This document shows, one piece after another, positions 1 to 13,800 of a stretch of 64,000 nucleotides of DNA. A program made the translations under genes and the position numbers. Position 1 is the stretch's first letter. Each line of letters begins with the position of its first letter. The notes beneath the pieces are model-generated. The model saw only the letters and a list, made by a program, of their open reading frames with translations, was not told where the DNA came from and did no database searches. Origin of the DNA: Phaeosaccion multiseriatum (Eukaryota > Protista > Ochrophyta, other classes); assembly GCA_965112735.1 (NCBI GenBank), contig OZ218961.1:930001-994000 (forward strand). The letters are read 5' to 3'.

Positions 1-238
1 AGATAATGGGGAAGAGGGGGGTAGGTGAGAAAAGAAGAAGTCCGTCGACGCACAGGCAACCAAGCAGCAGAGCACAACAAATGGGCCCTCCAACACTCCG
101 GAAAACTGACGAGACTGCCGGATCTGTGTCCCAGCAGTCAGCCTATCTGCCCTCAAATCTCCCCCATACTCGGCTTGAGGAGTATACCCAACCCCCTCCC
201 CCTCTAGGCTTTGAGTAGTAGTTGCTGGTCTTACTTAC

Positions 239-625
239 ATCGAATGCATCTATCCAGTGTTCGCCTGCAGGGTGCTTGGCCCTCCATCCCGTCAGGTCGA
301 CCACTTTCTCGCCGAGCTGCACCAACAGGCGCTTGTCCTTCTTCTTGCCGTCTTTGCCGTTGCTAGGCGGCGAGGAGGTGGTGGGGCCCTCTGCCGTCGC
401 TACCCGAGTGGCCGTATCCACAGCTACTGCTGAAGACAAGAGCCTCATTGGTGCCCTTGCCGTCCATCTTGCTCCCCCGCCTGACGCTGCTCCTGTTGCC
501 GGTGTGGCTCTGCCTACTGCTGGTGATGATGCACTGCCGAATGTGTTGATGGAGGGCGCGAAGGCCGAAGCTGAGCCAACGACCAATGCAAACACACCAC
601 TGACGCTCGCGGCAATCGGTGCCAT
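239..625 (-). CDS. First exon of a plastid-targeted cytochrome b5-domain protein, probably a front-end fatty-acid desaturase (gene continues off the left edge)
   Basis: MAPIAASVSGVFALVVGSASAFAPS is a signal peptide plus ASAFAP motif, followed by a Ser/Ala/Thr-rich transit peptide. LLVQLGEKVVDLTGWRAKHPAGEHWI is cyt-b5 heme-box-like (HPGG variant). GTAAGT donor follows 239. Confidence 0.65.
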
Positions 626-1303
626 GCTCACTGCGTGCTACTCCTGCTGCTACTGCTGGATGCACCTGCTCCTTCGCTGCTTACGGCGGCCGTTCGTAGG
701 TCGCAGCGCAGCAGCAGAAGGTAGTGGTGCAGCCACTTACTCCGTTTGTGGCCCTCAATCGAGGTTCGCGTCGTCAGTACGTGGGTTTTGCCAGGACGGA
801 AAAAAAAAAATCACTCTCGACGTCGCTGCTCTCCTGGATTGTGCAAGTCTCAACACTGGACGCACGACCAGATAGAGGATGCCTCCGTGGGTTTGCTGCG
901 GCGCCACTATTTTAATTATGGCTCAATTGCTTGTTGAGGGGTGAGTTGGTTGGCGTTGTGACATCACCATTCACAGTTGGCGTACCCAGGGGGGAGGAGA
1001 CAAGTTGGTTCTCCTCCTTCCTCGATGACTCGTCAATTTTGCTTCCCTGATGGAGAACCAATGACTTTAAAGTGGTTGAAGAGAAGCACTCGAGCAGGAC
1101 TCTTTGCGCGGAGAAAAGCTGCGGCAGGAGGAGGAGGAGCAGCGAGAGTATCAGCTCGCTTGTTATTCTGCTCCTCGCTCGTCTCGGTCTCCCACCAGGT
1201 AGCAGGGTATAATTTGGGCTGTCAGCTGACCTCACAGCAGCAGGCAGGGAGGCAGCGACCTCTTCCCGTCCTTCGACCGGCCGGCAGCCGTAGGTGGGCA
1301 ACG

Positions 1304-4300
1304 ATGCCCCCCCCGCGGAAGCGACCGAAGACTGAGGTGAAGACTGAGAGCAGCAATGCAAGCGGAAGTGAGGCGAGCGATTTGCTTCCGGCACCGGGGT
1401 GGTTCGACGCGCGCAGAGCCAGATGTCTGACCGCCGCGCGCAAGCCTCTCGCTCATGGTAGGTGGCTTCTCGAGCATCAGCCTCCTGTGCGTGCTCCCGC
1501 TCTTCGTCATACTCTCCCTCATTCACGTACGTAGGCAAGAGCGTTGTGTACTGGATGCACCGCGAGCAGCGCTGCAGCGAGAACTGGGCCATGCTCTACG
1601 CCAAGAACCTCGCGGACGAGGCGGGGGTGCCCCTCAGGGTGGCCTTTTGGTGAGTGAGGCAGGGCCGGGAAGGAGGCAGGGAGGGAGGGGAAAGAGAGAG
1701 CATAGGTAGGCGACGGAACCGCCAAAGAGTAGAGCAGAACAGAGCAGATCACCCTTTCTTTCAGTTTCAATTCCAGCTTGTAATACGTACCAGTCACGGC
1801 ACGCTCCTGACGACTGAGCTCGCGCCGAGCGCATGCACTCACCTGTGCTCGTCGTCGCTTGCCTGTCTTGTCTTGTTGGTAGCAGAGGGCTCCTCTCATC
1901 TGGAGCTGCCACTGCTGACTCGACTTGTGCTGCATTAATCCCCGCCCCCCCCCCCCCTCTCTCCGCTCTCTCTCTCTCTCTCTGTGCCTACCCCCCCCTC
2001 TCTCTATCCAATACCCAACCCACCCTCCACCAGCCTGCAGAACAAGCCGGAGCTGGGCACCCTCCGCCGCTCCGGCTTCATGCTCAAAGGCCTGGCTGAG
2101 GTGGAGGCCTCTCTGAGAGAGCTCCACATCCCCTTCCACCTGCTCACAGATGGCCCAGGCGGCGGTGGGCCCCCCTCCACTGCCATCCCCTTGCTGGCAG
2201 CGGAGCACTCTGCGGTGGCTGTGGTGTGCGATATGAGCCCCCTCCGACAGGCTGTAGAAGGGGCACAGGCGGTGGCCGAGGCGCTCAACGCGCAAGGCAG
2301 GGACGTGCCGCTCCACCAGGTACGTAACAGGACAGTACGGTGCGGTACACACGTTGAGTGTACACGTGTATGTACACCCAACTGGCGACGACGATTGTTC
2401 GAGGGCGAGGAGCAAACTGGACTTGCATGGTATTGCGTGGGAAAGGGGAAGGGCGACTCAGAGCTACTGACACGCTCTGTGACACCCTCTCTGTACACAC
2501 GCGACAGGTGGACGCACACAATGTGGTGCCTGTGTGGCAGGCGTCCAACAAGCGAGAGGTGGGGGCGAGGACCCTTCGGAAGAAGATCATGAGCCAAGAC
2601 GACTTCTTCACTCCTTTCCCCGCCCTCACGGCCAATGACAAGGTCACTAATCTCAAGACATTGACCAGCAGCAGCAACGTTAAGGAGGAGGAGGGGGGCG
2701 GCCCGCAGTCCTTGAACGACTTGCTGGTGGAGAAGGGGGTGGACTGGGCGGCCACTTTGAAGGGGATGGACATTGACAGGAGTGTGGGCGAGGTGGATTG
2801 GCTGACCCCAGGGACGGCCGCAGGCAAGGAGCAAGTGGGCAAGTTCATCAAGGACGGTCGCCTCAAGGCCTACGGCAACTCCAGAAACGACCCCAATGTG
2901 CCTGCGCAGTCCGATCTGTCGCCCTACCTTAACTTCGGCCAGCTCAGCGCTCAGTGGGCGGCGCTGACTGTCAAGGATAGTGGCAAGTATCCGGAGAGTG
3001 TCAAGGTGAGAGGGAGAGGGGAGGGGGGGGGGGGTAGGGTGACGTGGGGGGGGGGGGGGGGCTGAATGGGCGGTGACCTGAGATGTGCTCCGTACACCAG
3101 AAAGGATATGTGTAAGGGTCGCATGAGCTCCTCCCCTTAGCTCCTCTCCTAGCAATTCACGGCAGCTTGTTCATGCACAAAGACATTTTGATTTTCTTGT
3201 AACCGTACCTACCTCGCTCTAACGCACCACCCGAATACTTTTACTTGGCTTGTACAATGCCGTTCCATTTCACATGCACATTCACATGCACATTCGCTAC
3301 CCCAAGTCTTTTGTGGAGGAGAGCGTGGTACGTCGCGAGCTGGCGGACAACTTCTGCTTCTACTGCGCTGAGTACGACTCACTCGACGCGGCTGCGGGCT
3401 GGGCCAGAGAGACGCTCAGCAACGGCGAGGGCGACGAGAGGGAGCACCTGTACTCGCTGAAGCAGCTCGAGCAAGCAGAGACGCATGAGGACCTGTGGAA
3501 CGCCGTGAGTGAGGGGAGGGGTGGGGTTGGGCGCCGTGTGGGTGATGCGACGGTGCCCAAGATAAGAGGGAGGTAGGGCAACTGTCTCCTTGCTGAACTC
3601 GGAAAGTAACTGGCTGCTCCTCCTCCTCCTCCTCCTCCTCCTCCTCCTCCTCCTCCTCCTCCTCCTCCTCCTCCTCCTCCCTCCGTTTTCCTCCTCCCCC
3701 CCCCTCCCTCCTCCCTCCTCCCTCTGCTGCTGCTCCTTCTCAGGGTCAACTGCAGCTGGTGCGGCATGGCAAGATGCACGGGTGGGTGCGGATGTACTGG
3801 GCTAAAAAGATCTTGGAATGGACGCCATCACCCGCGGAGGCGCTCCGAATAGGGCTCCTGCTGAACGACAAGTATGTAGGTGGGGGGGGGCTTGGAAGGG
3901 ACAGGGTGAGGGCAGAGGGAGAGGGGGGAAGAGACAGAGACAGAGGCGGGGGGTGGAGAGAGAGAGAGGCTCGTGAACATAGATACGTGCGCTTTGAACC
4001 CCTTTTTCTGTAACACACTCTCTCTCTCTCTGGCTCCCTCTCTCTCTCTTCCCCTCTCTTTTGTCTGCGTTCGCTTGGGAAGGTACTCACTGGACGGTCA
4101 GGACCCGAACGGCTTCACTGGGCTTGGGTGGTCTATAATGGGCATCCACGACATGGGGTGGACACCGCGACCCATCTTTGGCAAGATCCGTTACATGAAC
4201 TACAGGAGCACAAAGACCAAGTTCGACATTCACGCCTATGTCAACAAATTCTCAGGGGCGGCAGACAAGGCTACCGCAGCAGGGGGTACACCGGCCAGAC

Positions 4301-4353
4301 CGAAGGGAGAGGGGAAGAGCAAGGGGAAGGGCAAAGCAAAGGCGAAGAAGTAG
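1304..4353 (+). CDS. phr: Class II CPD DNA photolyase, 7 exons (~1304-1457, 1535-1649, 2034-2319, 2508-3005, 3307-3504, 3744-3871, 4083-4353)
   Basis: Motifs [109 protein letters not shown]-terminal NLS-like PRKRPK. GT-AG boundaries keep the frame. Confidence 0.95.
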
Positions 4354-4430
4354 AAGCAAGGGGAAGAGCAAAGCAAAGGCGAAGAAGTAGAAGCAAGGGG
4401 AAGGGCAAAGCAAAGGCGAAGAAGTAGAAG
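4321..4430 (+). repeat. Three tandem copies of a 37-bp unit containing the last photolyase codons and the stop
   Basis: AAGGGGAAGRGCAAAGCAAAGGCGAAGAAGTAGAAGC at 4321, 4358 and 4395. Confidence 0.9.
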
Positions 4431-4554
4431 GAGGAGGAGGACACCAAATGTTTGATCTTTAATTTCTTTTTACATAAGGTTACATACAAGAGTGCACTGC
4501 TCGTCTCTATCAATCGGGCACTACTTCCGCTGCCGCTGTCTGTCATAGAGGATG

Positions 4555-4594
<40 letters not shown>

Positions 4595-4682
4595 GGAGGA
4601 GGAGGAGGAGGAGGAGGAGGGGGGAGTGTGACCTCTGCCACTTCGCTTTCCTTCACTACCTGCTCTTCATCCTTCTCTTCCT

Positions 4683-5126
4683 TCACAAACAAGGCGGACT
4701 CAACGGAGTGAGCTCCTGGCAGCAGTCCACATAACACTGTAGTGCTTCAAACGCTGCCTCAAAGTCGTCGCCAGCCTCCACCCCGTACCTCTGATACCAG
4801 TGCAGATAGGCCCCGCTGGTGTGCTTGGCTCGGGCAGCGTCCAACACGGACTGCACATCCGCTGCCATCCAGCTCGGGCGATTGGCGCACACAGAGATGG
4901 AGCGAGCTGGCACCACTGATCGATTTAGGGCAGCACTACGAAGACTGCTACTAGTGCTGCTACTCCTTCTACTCCGAGTAGTAGTACTACTGCTGCTACT
5001 AGTGCCATTGCTGCTGCTCCACAGAGCCGGTGCGAAGCTCACCGACAGACTCACGGCCTCGTAGGGGCAGCGAAAGGGCTCGACCATTGCCCGCCGTATA
5101 CCACGTCTCTCCTCCTCCTCCTCCTC

Positions 5127-5160
<34 letters not shown>

Positions 5161-6630
5161 TCATCGTCATCATCTTCCCAGCCTAACAGATCTCCCCACG
5201 GCCCCACTTCGCCTCGCCCTCCTCCGCCGTGTCGCCCGGCCCGCCTCTTGGCAGGAAGAGCTTCTTCACGCGCGCCCCATCCCCTTCCTCGTCTGTATCC
5301 ATCGTTGCGACCGGTGCTATCGCTTCTCCCGATTCGACCAGCATCACCACCACCACCTCCACCTCCACCTCCTTCGGCCCTTGAGAATCCACGCACCAGA
5401 ACATGGGCAGCCAGGGTAGGGCCTAGCGCGTTCGTCCCTCCCTTCCCGGAGCGCCCTCTCCTCCCTACTGCTCCCTTCCTGGCCTTGTTGTAATCCACAC
5501 CTCCATAGTCGTCGCCAGCGGTAGCAGACGCCATGGGGCGGAGCTTCAGTCGCATGGCCAAATCACTCCACGTTGACGGTTTCGTCATCCCAGAGCCAGC
5601 GGCAGAGTCAGTCGCAGAGGAGGAGCCGATGGAGGCAGTGGAGCGTACGTCAAGGAATTTGGCCCACGGTAGCAGGCAGCACGACGTCACAAGCTGCCCC
5701 GCGTCGAAGGGTCGGGAGAGCGCAGCAACAGCTGTCGACGACCTCTGATGATGATTCGAGGAGGAGCAAAAGGAGGAGGGCGTCGTGGGCAGCAGATGAG
5801 CAGCGAGGTCGGAAGCGAGCCCTTGATTCAGTCCCTGCATGTAGACACCAATCCCTTGCGTGTTGTAATCCGCTCGAGCGGCAGTGTTGATCCTGCCAAA
5901 CGTGTCATCGTTGGAGCGATAAATGGCGACGTCGGTGTATTCCAACAGGTACTGCAGAGCGAAGGCGGAATTGTAGTGCTGCAGTGGGGTATCGCCGCGT
6001 CCAAAGGGGCCCATCGCGACAGACAGGAGATAGCAGCGCGGGTACTCGTCACGGAGTTGCTGGTACGGGGTTACAGTGGATGGGGGCGGGTGTTGAGGGG
6101 AAGAGAGAGAGAGAGAGAGAGAGGGCGAGAGAGAGGTAGAGAGAGAAAGGCAGAGAAAGAGAGGGAGAGAGAGGGGGAGAGAGGGGGATAAGACAGGCAA
6201 GACACAACAACCTCGACGCTAACAGAGCAAAGAGCAACTGCAGATCCCTGTTTCCCCCCCTGACTCCCTCTCCGTCGCCCGCCAACGCGCGCTTCTTCTT
6301 CCAACCCACAACCCCATTCTTCTCGTACGAATATGCCCTTTTGCTAGACTGACACATACATGTACCGCCGAATTCATCACCATGGGAGGTTACATTCTCT
6401 CTCACCTGCAGCAGCGCCGAGCCTACCCCCGACCCCGTCCCCCCTGCTAGGCTGTGCATCAACACAAACGCGCTGAGAAAGCTCGGGCAGCGTTCTGCTT
6501 CCTTGCGTAGGGCCTCCATCGTTGAAGAGAAGAGCGCCACGCCCTCCTCTCCCCCCCCTCCTCCTCGACTCGGAAGCCCTCCTCCTCCTCCCCAGCAGCT
6601 GCTGAAGCCATGGGCCCAGTTGTTGCTCCT

Positions 6631-6667
<37 letters not shown>

Positions 6668-7502
6668 AGGGTTTTGGTTTCGCGCACCGGGGGAGCAAGA
6701 GTAGGTAGTAGGGTAGAAGAGATTCGAAAGAAAGCACAAAGGGCGGGTGGGGGGGGGCAATGAGATGGGGAAGTAAGGGGTAGGGTTAGACAAGGGCGGA
6801 ACCGAACGGAACCAGTGTCCACGACGCAGCGCAGGCTTGCAGCACGCCGTACCTCCCATTGTAGTCGAATACGACGTTACCGGGCCTCATGACGGAACTG
6901 CAAGCGTCAAGGTCACCGGAGCTCCTGCATGGAGGGCGACGGTGAAAGAGAGCCGCTAATGTTGTTGTGGTTGTTCGCCATCGTTGTTGTCGGTGTTGGC
7001 CAGCAAGGAAACAGCGCATGAAAGAGGTGGAGGTGAGGGAGTAAAGAAAGAGGGAGGAGGAATCGACATGTACGGTCTTTGGTTCATGAACAGTAGGGAT
7101 ACATGAGCATAGACAGCGCCAGACCAAACACATGTATGGTGACTTACGTTGGGGCCACTGGAGGGCATGCAGCCTATTTACGACCCTCGGCTCGGAGTCC
7201 ACAGCCACGCACGGTGCAAAGCCCTCGTCAGAAAACAGGCCCCCTCTTGTTGCGAAAAAAGGAAGGAGACCAAAGGTAGAGGGGCAAGGACGGAGGGACA
7301 GCCAAGTTGGACAGGGGTGAGGCAGGGGCACTGCAGTTAAGATATCTGAATAAGGAAAAAGAGAGAGTGGTGCTTCTGACCTGCCGTATATAGTGTACCT
7401 CTGCTGCGGCTGCTGCTGAAGCTCCTCCTCCATCGCAAGGGCCCAGAATTGCTCCCCGAGCTGATTTCCCGCTTGGCCCAGCGTCACAAACACAGTCGAC
7501 AT
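4683..7502 (-). CDS. Divergent tubulin of the delta/zeta(eta) group, most like zeta-tubulin; multi-exon
   Basis: MSTVFVTLGQAGNQLG, VAVDSEPRVV, GRSNNWAHG (split by an intron), MHSLAGGTGSGVGS, GDTPLQHYNS, C-terminal AYLHWYQRYGVE..DFEAAFEAL. From recalled consensus, PLQHYN and HWY.RYG favour zeta over delta. Confidence 0.8.
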
Positions 7503-7832
7503 GGTGCCCCGCGCACCCTCCCTCCCCTCCTCTTACGCGCGATCCCGATGCAGGCTTGCAGCCTCCATTCGCTCACGTCATCTTGGGGGAGGGGGGATGT
7601 AGCATGTAGTTGGTGGGGGGGGGGAAGGAGCGCGGGGAAGGTCTACTATATTAGTGCCATCTAAGTGTGGGGAAGGAGGCAGAATAATAAGTCATTTACC
7701 CTATGTCAATTAACTGGATGTCGGCCAGGAACTTTCCACGGAAGGGAAAGGGGTTTAAGGGTGTAATATATACATCTTCTGTGGCTAGCTAGGGCCATCG
7801 TGGGAACTGCGGCGCTTCCCTTTCTTCCTCCT

Positions 7833-10800
7833 ATGGCGACTGTGACTAGACAGGATGGGAGCGCGGAGACTCTGGCGATGGGGGCGACGATGAAGGCTAC
7901 CTTGTCCCCCATCTTTTATGAGCACTGCACTCTGTATTACACTCCAAATGGTGAGTTAGGTATCGATCATGGTCCTAAGTGCTTGGTGGCAACACCCCCC
8001 TTGTTTGCTGGTTTTGTTCAGACCTGCTCGGTTGACCCACGCCTAATCTGGCTATCTTCTCTCCGATGTTGCTGCAACCCGCCCATCATGAAGGCGCGGT
8101 GGTGAAGTTAAGAGTGACGGGTCAAAGCTTATCAGGTGAGGAGTGCAAGAATAAATCTTTGAGTGCCGAACCATGAGAAATGGAGGCAATAGCCCAGCCC
8201 CGTTCAGCGCTCTGTCCGCGCCCCTACTGCTTAAGCAATCCTTCTGCCCATCCGTGTTGCCGAACGCCCCCCTCCTCCCGCCCCCTCAACAGGCCCCATT
8301 CCCTTCCAGCTCGGGAATCTCCATAGGCTCACGACCCTATCCCTTAGAGAGAACAAGCTGTCGGGTGAGTGCATGCAGGGGTCGAGTTGTGTCCGAGGAG
8401 ACGGGGTGTGCATCCCTGCTGCTCTTCAGTCATCATGCCCTGAGCTGTGGCGGCCGGGCGGAGAGGTCTCTAAAGAGCTGCATGGCTGCATGACGATGAC
8501 TCACTCTATTTACTGAGGCTCCTGCCGAATGCCCCCCTCCCCCCCCAACAGGCTCCATTCCCTCCAAGCTCGGGAATCTCCGTAGCCTCACGATCCTATA
8601 CCTTCACAACAACCAGCTGTCGGGTGAGTGCATGCGGGGGTCGAGTTGTGTCCGAAGAGACGGCTGTGCATCCCTGCTGCTCTTCAGCCATGGCCTGACT
8701 GAGCTGTGGCAGGGAGGCCTCTAACGAGCTGCATGCATGCATAACGATGACTCATTCTATTTTCTGCTCGCTCCTGCCGAATGTCCCCCTCCCCCCCCAA
8801 CAGGCCCCATTCCCTCCGAGCTCGGGAATCTCCATGGCCTCACGGATCTGCGCCTTTCCAATAACCAGCTGTCGGGTGAGTGCATGCGGGGGTTGAGTTG
8901 TGTCCGAGGAGACGGGTGTGCATCCCTGCTGCCCTGCAGCCATGCCCTGAGCTGTGGCGGGGAGGCCTCGAACGAACTGCATGCATGACGATGACTCACT
9001 CTATTGACTGCTCCTGCCGAATTTCCCCCTTCTCCCCCCCAACAGGCTCCATTCCCTCCGAGCTCGGGAATCTCCATAGCCTCACGATCCTATACCTTTA
9101 CAACAACCAGCTGTCGGGTGAGTGCATGGGGGGTTCGAGTTGCGTGCATCCCTGCTGCTCTTCAGCCATGCCCCGACTGAGCTGTGGCGGGGAGGCCTCC
9201 AACGAGCTGCATGCATGACGATGACTCACTCAATGTACTGCTCCTGCCGAATGTCCCCCTCCCCCCTCCCCAACAGGCGCCATTCCCTCCGAGCTCGGGA
9301 ATCTCCATGGCCTCACGGATCTACGCCTTCAAGACAACCAGCTGTCGGGTGAGTGCATGCGGGGGTCGAGTTGTGTCCGAGGAGACGGGTGTGCATCCCT
9401 GCTGCTCTGCAGCCATGCCCTGAGCTGTGGCGGGGAGGCCTCTAACGAGCTGCATGCATGCGATGACTCACTCTATTTACTGCTCCTGCCGAATGTCCCC
9501 CTCCCCCCCAACAGGCTCCATTCCCTCCGAGCTCGGGAATCTCCATAGCCTCACGATCCTATCCCTTCACAACAACCAGCTGTTGGGTGAGTGCATGGGG
9601 TGGTCGAGTTGTGTCCGAGGAGACGGGTGTGCAGCCCTGCTGCTCTTCCGTCATGCCCTGAGCTGTGGCGGGGAGGCCTCTAACGAGCTGCATGCATGCA
9701 TGACGATGACTCACTCAATGTACTGCTCCTGCCGAATGTCCCCCTACCCCCTCCCCAACAGGCTCCATACCCTCCAAGCTCGGGAATCTCCATGGCCTCA
9801 CGGATCTACGCCTTCAAGACAACCAGCTGTCGGGTGAGTGCATGTGGGGGTCGAGCTGTGTCCGAGGAGACGGGTGTGCATCCCTGCTGCTCTTCAGCCA
9901 TGCCCTGAGCTCTGGCGGGGAGGCCGCTAACGAGCTGCATGCATGACTCGCTCTATTTACTGCTCCTACCGAATGTCCCTCTACCCCCCCAACGGGCTCC
10001 ATTCCCTCCGAGCTCGGGAATCTCCATAGCCTCACGATCCTATACCTTCACAACAACCAGCTGTCGGGTGAGTGCATGCGGGGGTCGAGTTGTGTCCGAG
10101 GACACGGGTGTGCATCCCTGCTGCTCTTCAGCCATGCCCTGAGCTGTGGCGGGGAGGCCTCCGACGAGCTGCATGCATGACGATGACTCAGTCTATGTAC
10201 TGCTCCTGCCGAATGTCCCCCTCCTCACCCCCCCCAACAGGCCCCATTCCCTCCGAGCTCGGGAAGCTCCATAGCCTCACGGAACTATGCCTTTACAACA
10301 ACCAGCTGTCGGGTGAGAGTGCATGCGGGGGTTGAGTTGTGTCCGAGGAGACGGGTGTGCATCCCTGCTGCTCTTCAGCCATGCCCTGAGCTGTGGCGGG
10401 GAGGCCTCCAACGAGCTGCATGCATGACGATGACTCACTCTATTTACTGCTCCTGCCGAATGTCCCCCCCCCCCTTCAACAGGCTCCATTCCCTCCGAGC
10501 TCGGGAATCTCCGTAGCCTCACGATCCTATTTCTTCGCAACAACCAGCTGACGGGTGAGTGCATGCGGGGGTCGAGTTGTATCCGAGGGGACGGGTGTGC
10601 ATCCCTGCTGCTCTTCAGCCATGCCATGCCCTGAGCTGTGGCGGGGAGGCCTCTAACGAGCTGTATACGTGACGATGACTCACTCTGTTTACTGCTCCTG
10701 CCGAATGCCCCCCCCCCCCCCAACAGGCTCCATTCCCTCCGAGCTCGGGAAGCTCCATAGGCTCACGAGACTATACCTTTACAGCAACCAGCTGTCGGGT

Positions 10801-13800
10801 GAGTGCATGCGGGGGTCGAGTTGTGTCCGAGGAGACGGGTGTGCATCCCTGCTGCTCTTCAGTCATGCCCTGAGCTGTGGCGGGGAGCCCTCCAACGAGC
10901 TGCATGCATGACGATGACTCACTCTATTTACTGCTCCTGCCGAATGTCCCCCTCCCCCCCCAACAGGCTCCATTCCCTCCGAGCTCGAGAATCTCCGTAG
11001 CCTCACGATCCTATACCTTTCCTACAACCAGCTGTGGGGTGAGTGCATGCGGGGGTCGAGGTGTGTCCGAGGAGACGGGTGTGCATCCCTGCTGCTCTTC
11101 AGCCATGCCCCGACTGAGCTGTGGCGGGGAGGCCTCTAACGAGCTGCATGTATGCATGACGATGACTCACTCCATTTACTGCTCCTGCCGAATGTCCCCC
11201 CCCCCCCCCCAACAGGCTCCATACCCTCCGAGCTCGGGAATCTCCGTAGCCTCACGATCCTATGGCTTTCCTACAACAAGCTGTCGGGTGAGTGCATGCG
11301 GGGGTCGAGTTGTGTCAAAGGAGACGGGTGTGCATCCCTGCTGCTCTTCAGCCATGCCCTGAGCTGTGGCGGGGAGGCCTCCAACGAGCTGCATGCATGC
11401 ATGACGATGACTCACTCTATTCACTGCTCCTGCCGAATGTCCCCCTCCCCCCAACAGGCATCATTCCCTCCGAGCTCGGGAATCTCCATAGCCTCAAGTA
11501 CCTGTACCTTGAGAAAAACCAGCTGTCGGGTGAGTGCATGCGGGGGTCGAGTTGTGTCAAAGGAGACGGGTGTGCATCCCTGCTGCTCTTCAGTCATGCC
11601 CTGAGCTGTGGCGGGGAGGCCTCTAACGAGCTGCATGCATGACGATGACTCATGCTTTTGACTGCTCCTGCCGAATGTCCCCCTCCCCCCCGAAACAGGC
11701 CGCATGCCCTCCGAGCTCGGGAATCTCCATGGCCTCACGCACCTATACCTTTACAACAACGAGCTGTCGGGTGAGTGCATGGTCGAGTTGTGTCCGAGGA
11801 GACTGGGTGTGCATCCCTGCTGCTCTTCAGTCATGCCCTGAGCTGTGGTGGGGAGGCCTCTAACGAGCTGCATGCATGACGATGACTCACTCAGTGTACT
11901 GCTCCTGCCGAATGTCCCCCTCCCCCTTACCAACAGGCTCCATTCCCTCCGAGCTCAGAAATCTCCATAGCCTTGAGTGCCTAGTCCTTTACAACAACAA
12001 GCTGTCGGGTGAGTGCATGCGGGGGTCGTGTTGTGTCCGAGGAGACGGGTGTGCATCCCTGCTGCTCTTCCGTCATGCCCTGACTGAGCTGTGGCGGGGA
12101 GGCCTCCAACGAGCTACATGCATGACGATGACTCACTCTATTCACTGCACCTGCCGAATGTCCCCCTCCCCCTTACCAACAGGCTCCATTCCCTCCGAGC
12201 TCGGGAAGCTCCATAGCCTCACGATCCTATGGCTTTCCAACAACAAGCTGTCGGGTGAGTGCATGGGGGGGTCGAGTTGTGTCCGAGGAGACGGGTGTGC
12301 ATCCCTGCTGCTCTTCAGCCATGCCCTGAGCTGTGGCGGGGAGGCCTCCAACGAGCTGCATGTATGACAATAACTCTATTTACAATTTACTGCTCCTGCC
12401 GAATGTCCCCCTCCCCCCCGAACAGGCTCCATTCCCTCCGACCTCGGGAATCTCAGTAGCCTCACGATCCTATCCCTTTACAACAACAAGCTGCTGGGTG
12501 AGTGCATGCGGGGGTCGAGTTGTGTCCGAGGGGACGGGTGTGCATCACTGCTGCTCTTCAGCCATGCCCTGAGCTGTGGCGGGGAGGCCACTCTCTTTCT
12601 TCTCACTCTATTGACTGCTCCTGCCGAATGTCCCCCTCCCCCCCCCCAACAGGCCCCATTCCCTCCGAGCTCGGGAATCTCCATAGCCTCACGACCTTAG
12701 GTCTTTCCAACAACAAGCTGTCGGGTGAGTGCATGCGGGGTTCGAGTTGTGTCCGAGGAGACGGGTGTGCATCCCTGCTGCTCTTGAGCCATGCCCTGAG
12801 CTGTGGTGGGGAGGCCTCTAACGAGCTGCATGCATGACGATGACTCACTGTGTTTACTGCTCCTGCCGAATGTCCCCCTCCCACCCCAACAGGCCCCATC
12901 CCCTCTGAGCTCGGGAATCTCAGTAGCCTCACGATCCTAAGCCTTCAAGACAACAAGCTGTCGGGTGAGTGCATGCGGGGGTCGAGGTGCGTCCGAGGAG
13001 ACGGGTGTGCATCCCTGCTGCTCTTCAGCCATGCCCTGAGCTGTGGCGGGGAGGCCTCTAACGAGCTGCATGCATGCATGACTCACTCTATTCACTGCTC
13101 CTGCCGAATGTCCCCCCCCCCCCCTTCAACAGGCCCCATTCCCTCCGAGCTCGGGAATCTCCATGGCCTCACGGGACTAAGGCTTTACAACAACAAGCTG
13201 TCGGGTGAGTGCATGCGGGGGTCGAGTTGTGTCCGAAGAGACGGGTGTGCATCCCTGCTGCTCTTCAGCCATGCCCTGAGCTGTGGCGGGGAGGCCTCCA
13301 ACGAGCTGCATGCATGACGATGACTCACTCTATGAACTGCTCCTGCCGAATGTCCCCCTCCCCCCCCCAACAGGCCCCATTCCCTCCGAGCTCGGGAATC
13401 TCAGTAGCCTCACGAAACTAGTCCTTTACAACAACAAGCTGTCGGGTGAGTGCATGCGGGGGTCGAGTTGTGTCCGAGGAGACGGGTGTGCATCCCTGCT
13501 GCTCTTGAGCCATGCCCTGAGCTGTGGCGGGGAGGCCTCCAACGAGCTGCATGCATGACGATGACTCACTCTATTTACTGCTCCTGCCGAATGTCCCCCT
13601 ACCCCCTCCCAACAGGCCCCATTCCCTCCGAGCTCGGGAATCTCCATAGCCTCACGGATCTACGCCTTCAAGACAACAAGCTGTCGGGTGAGTGCATGCG
13701 GGGGTCGAGTTGTGTCCGAGGAGACGGGTGTGCATCCCTGCTGCTCTTGAGCCATGCCATGCCCTGAGCTGTGGCGGGGAGGCCTCTAACGAGCTGCATG

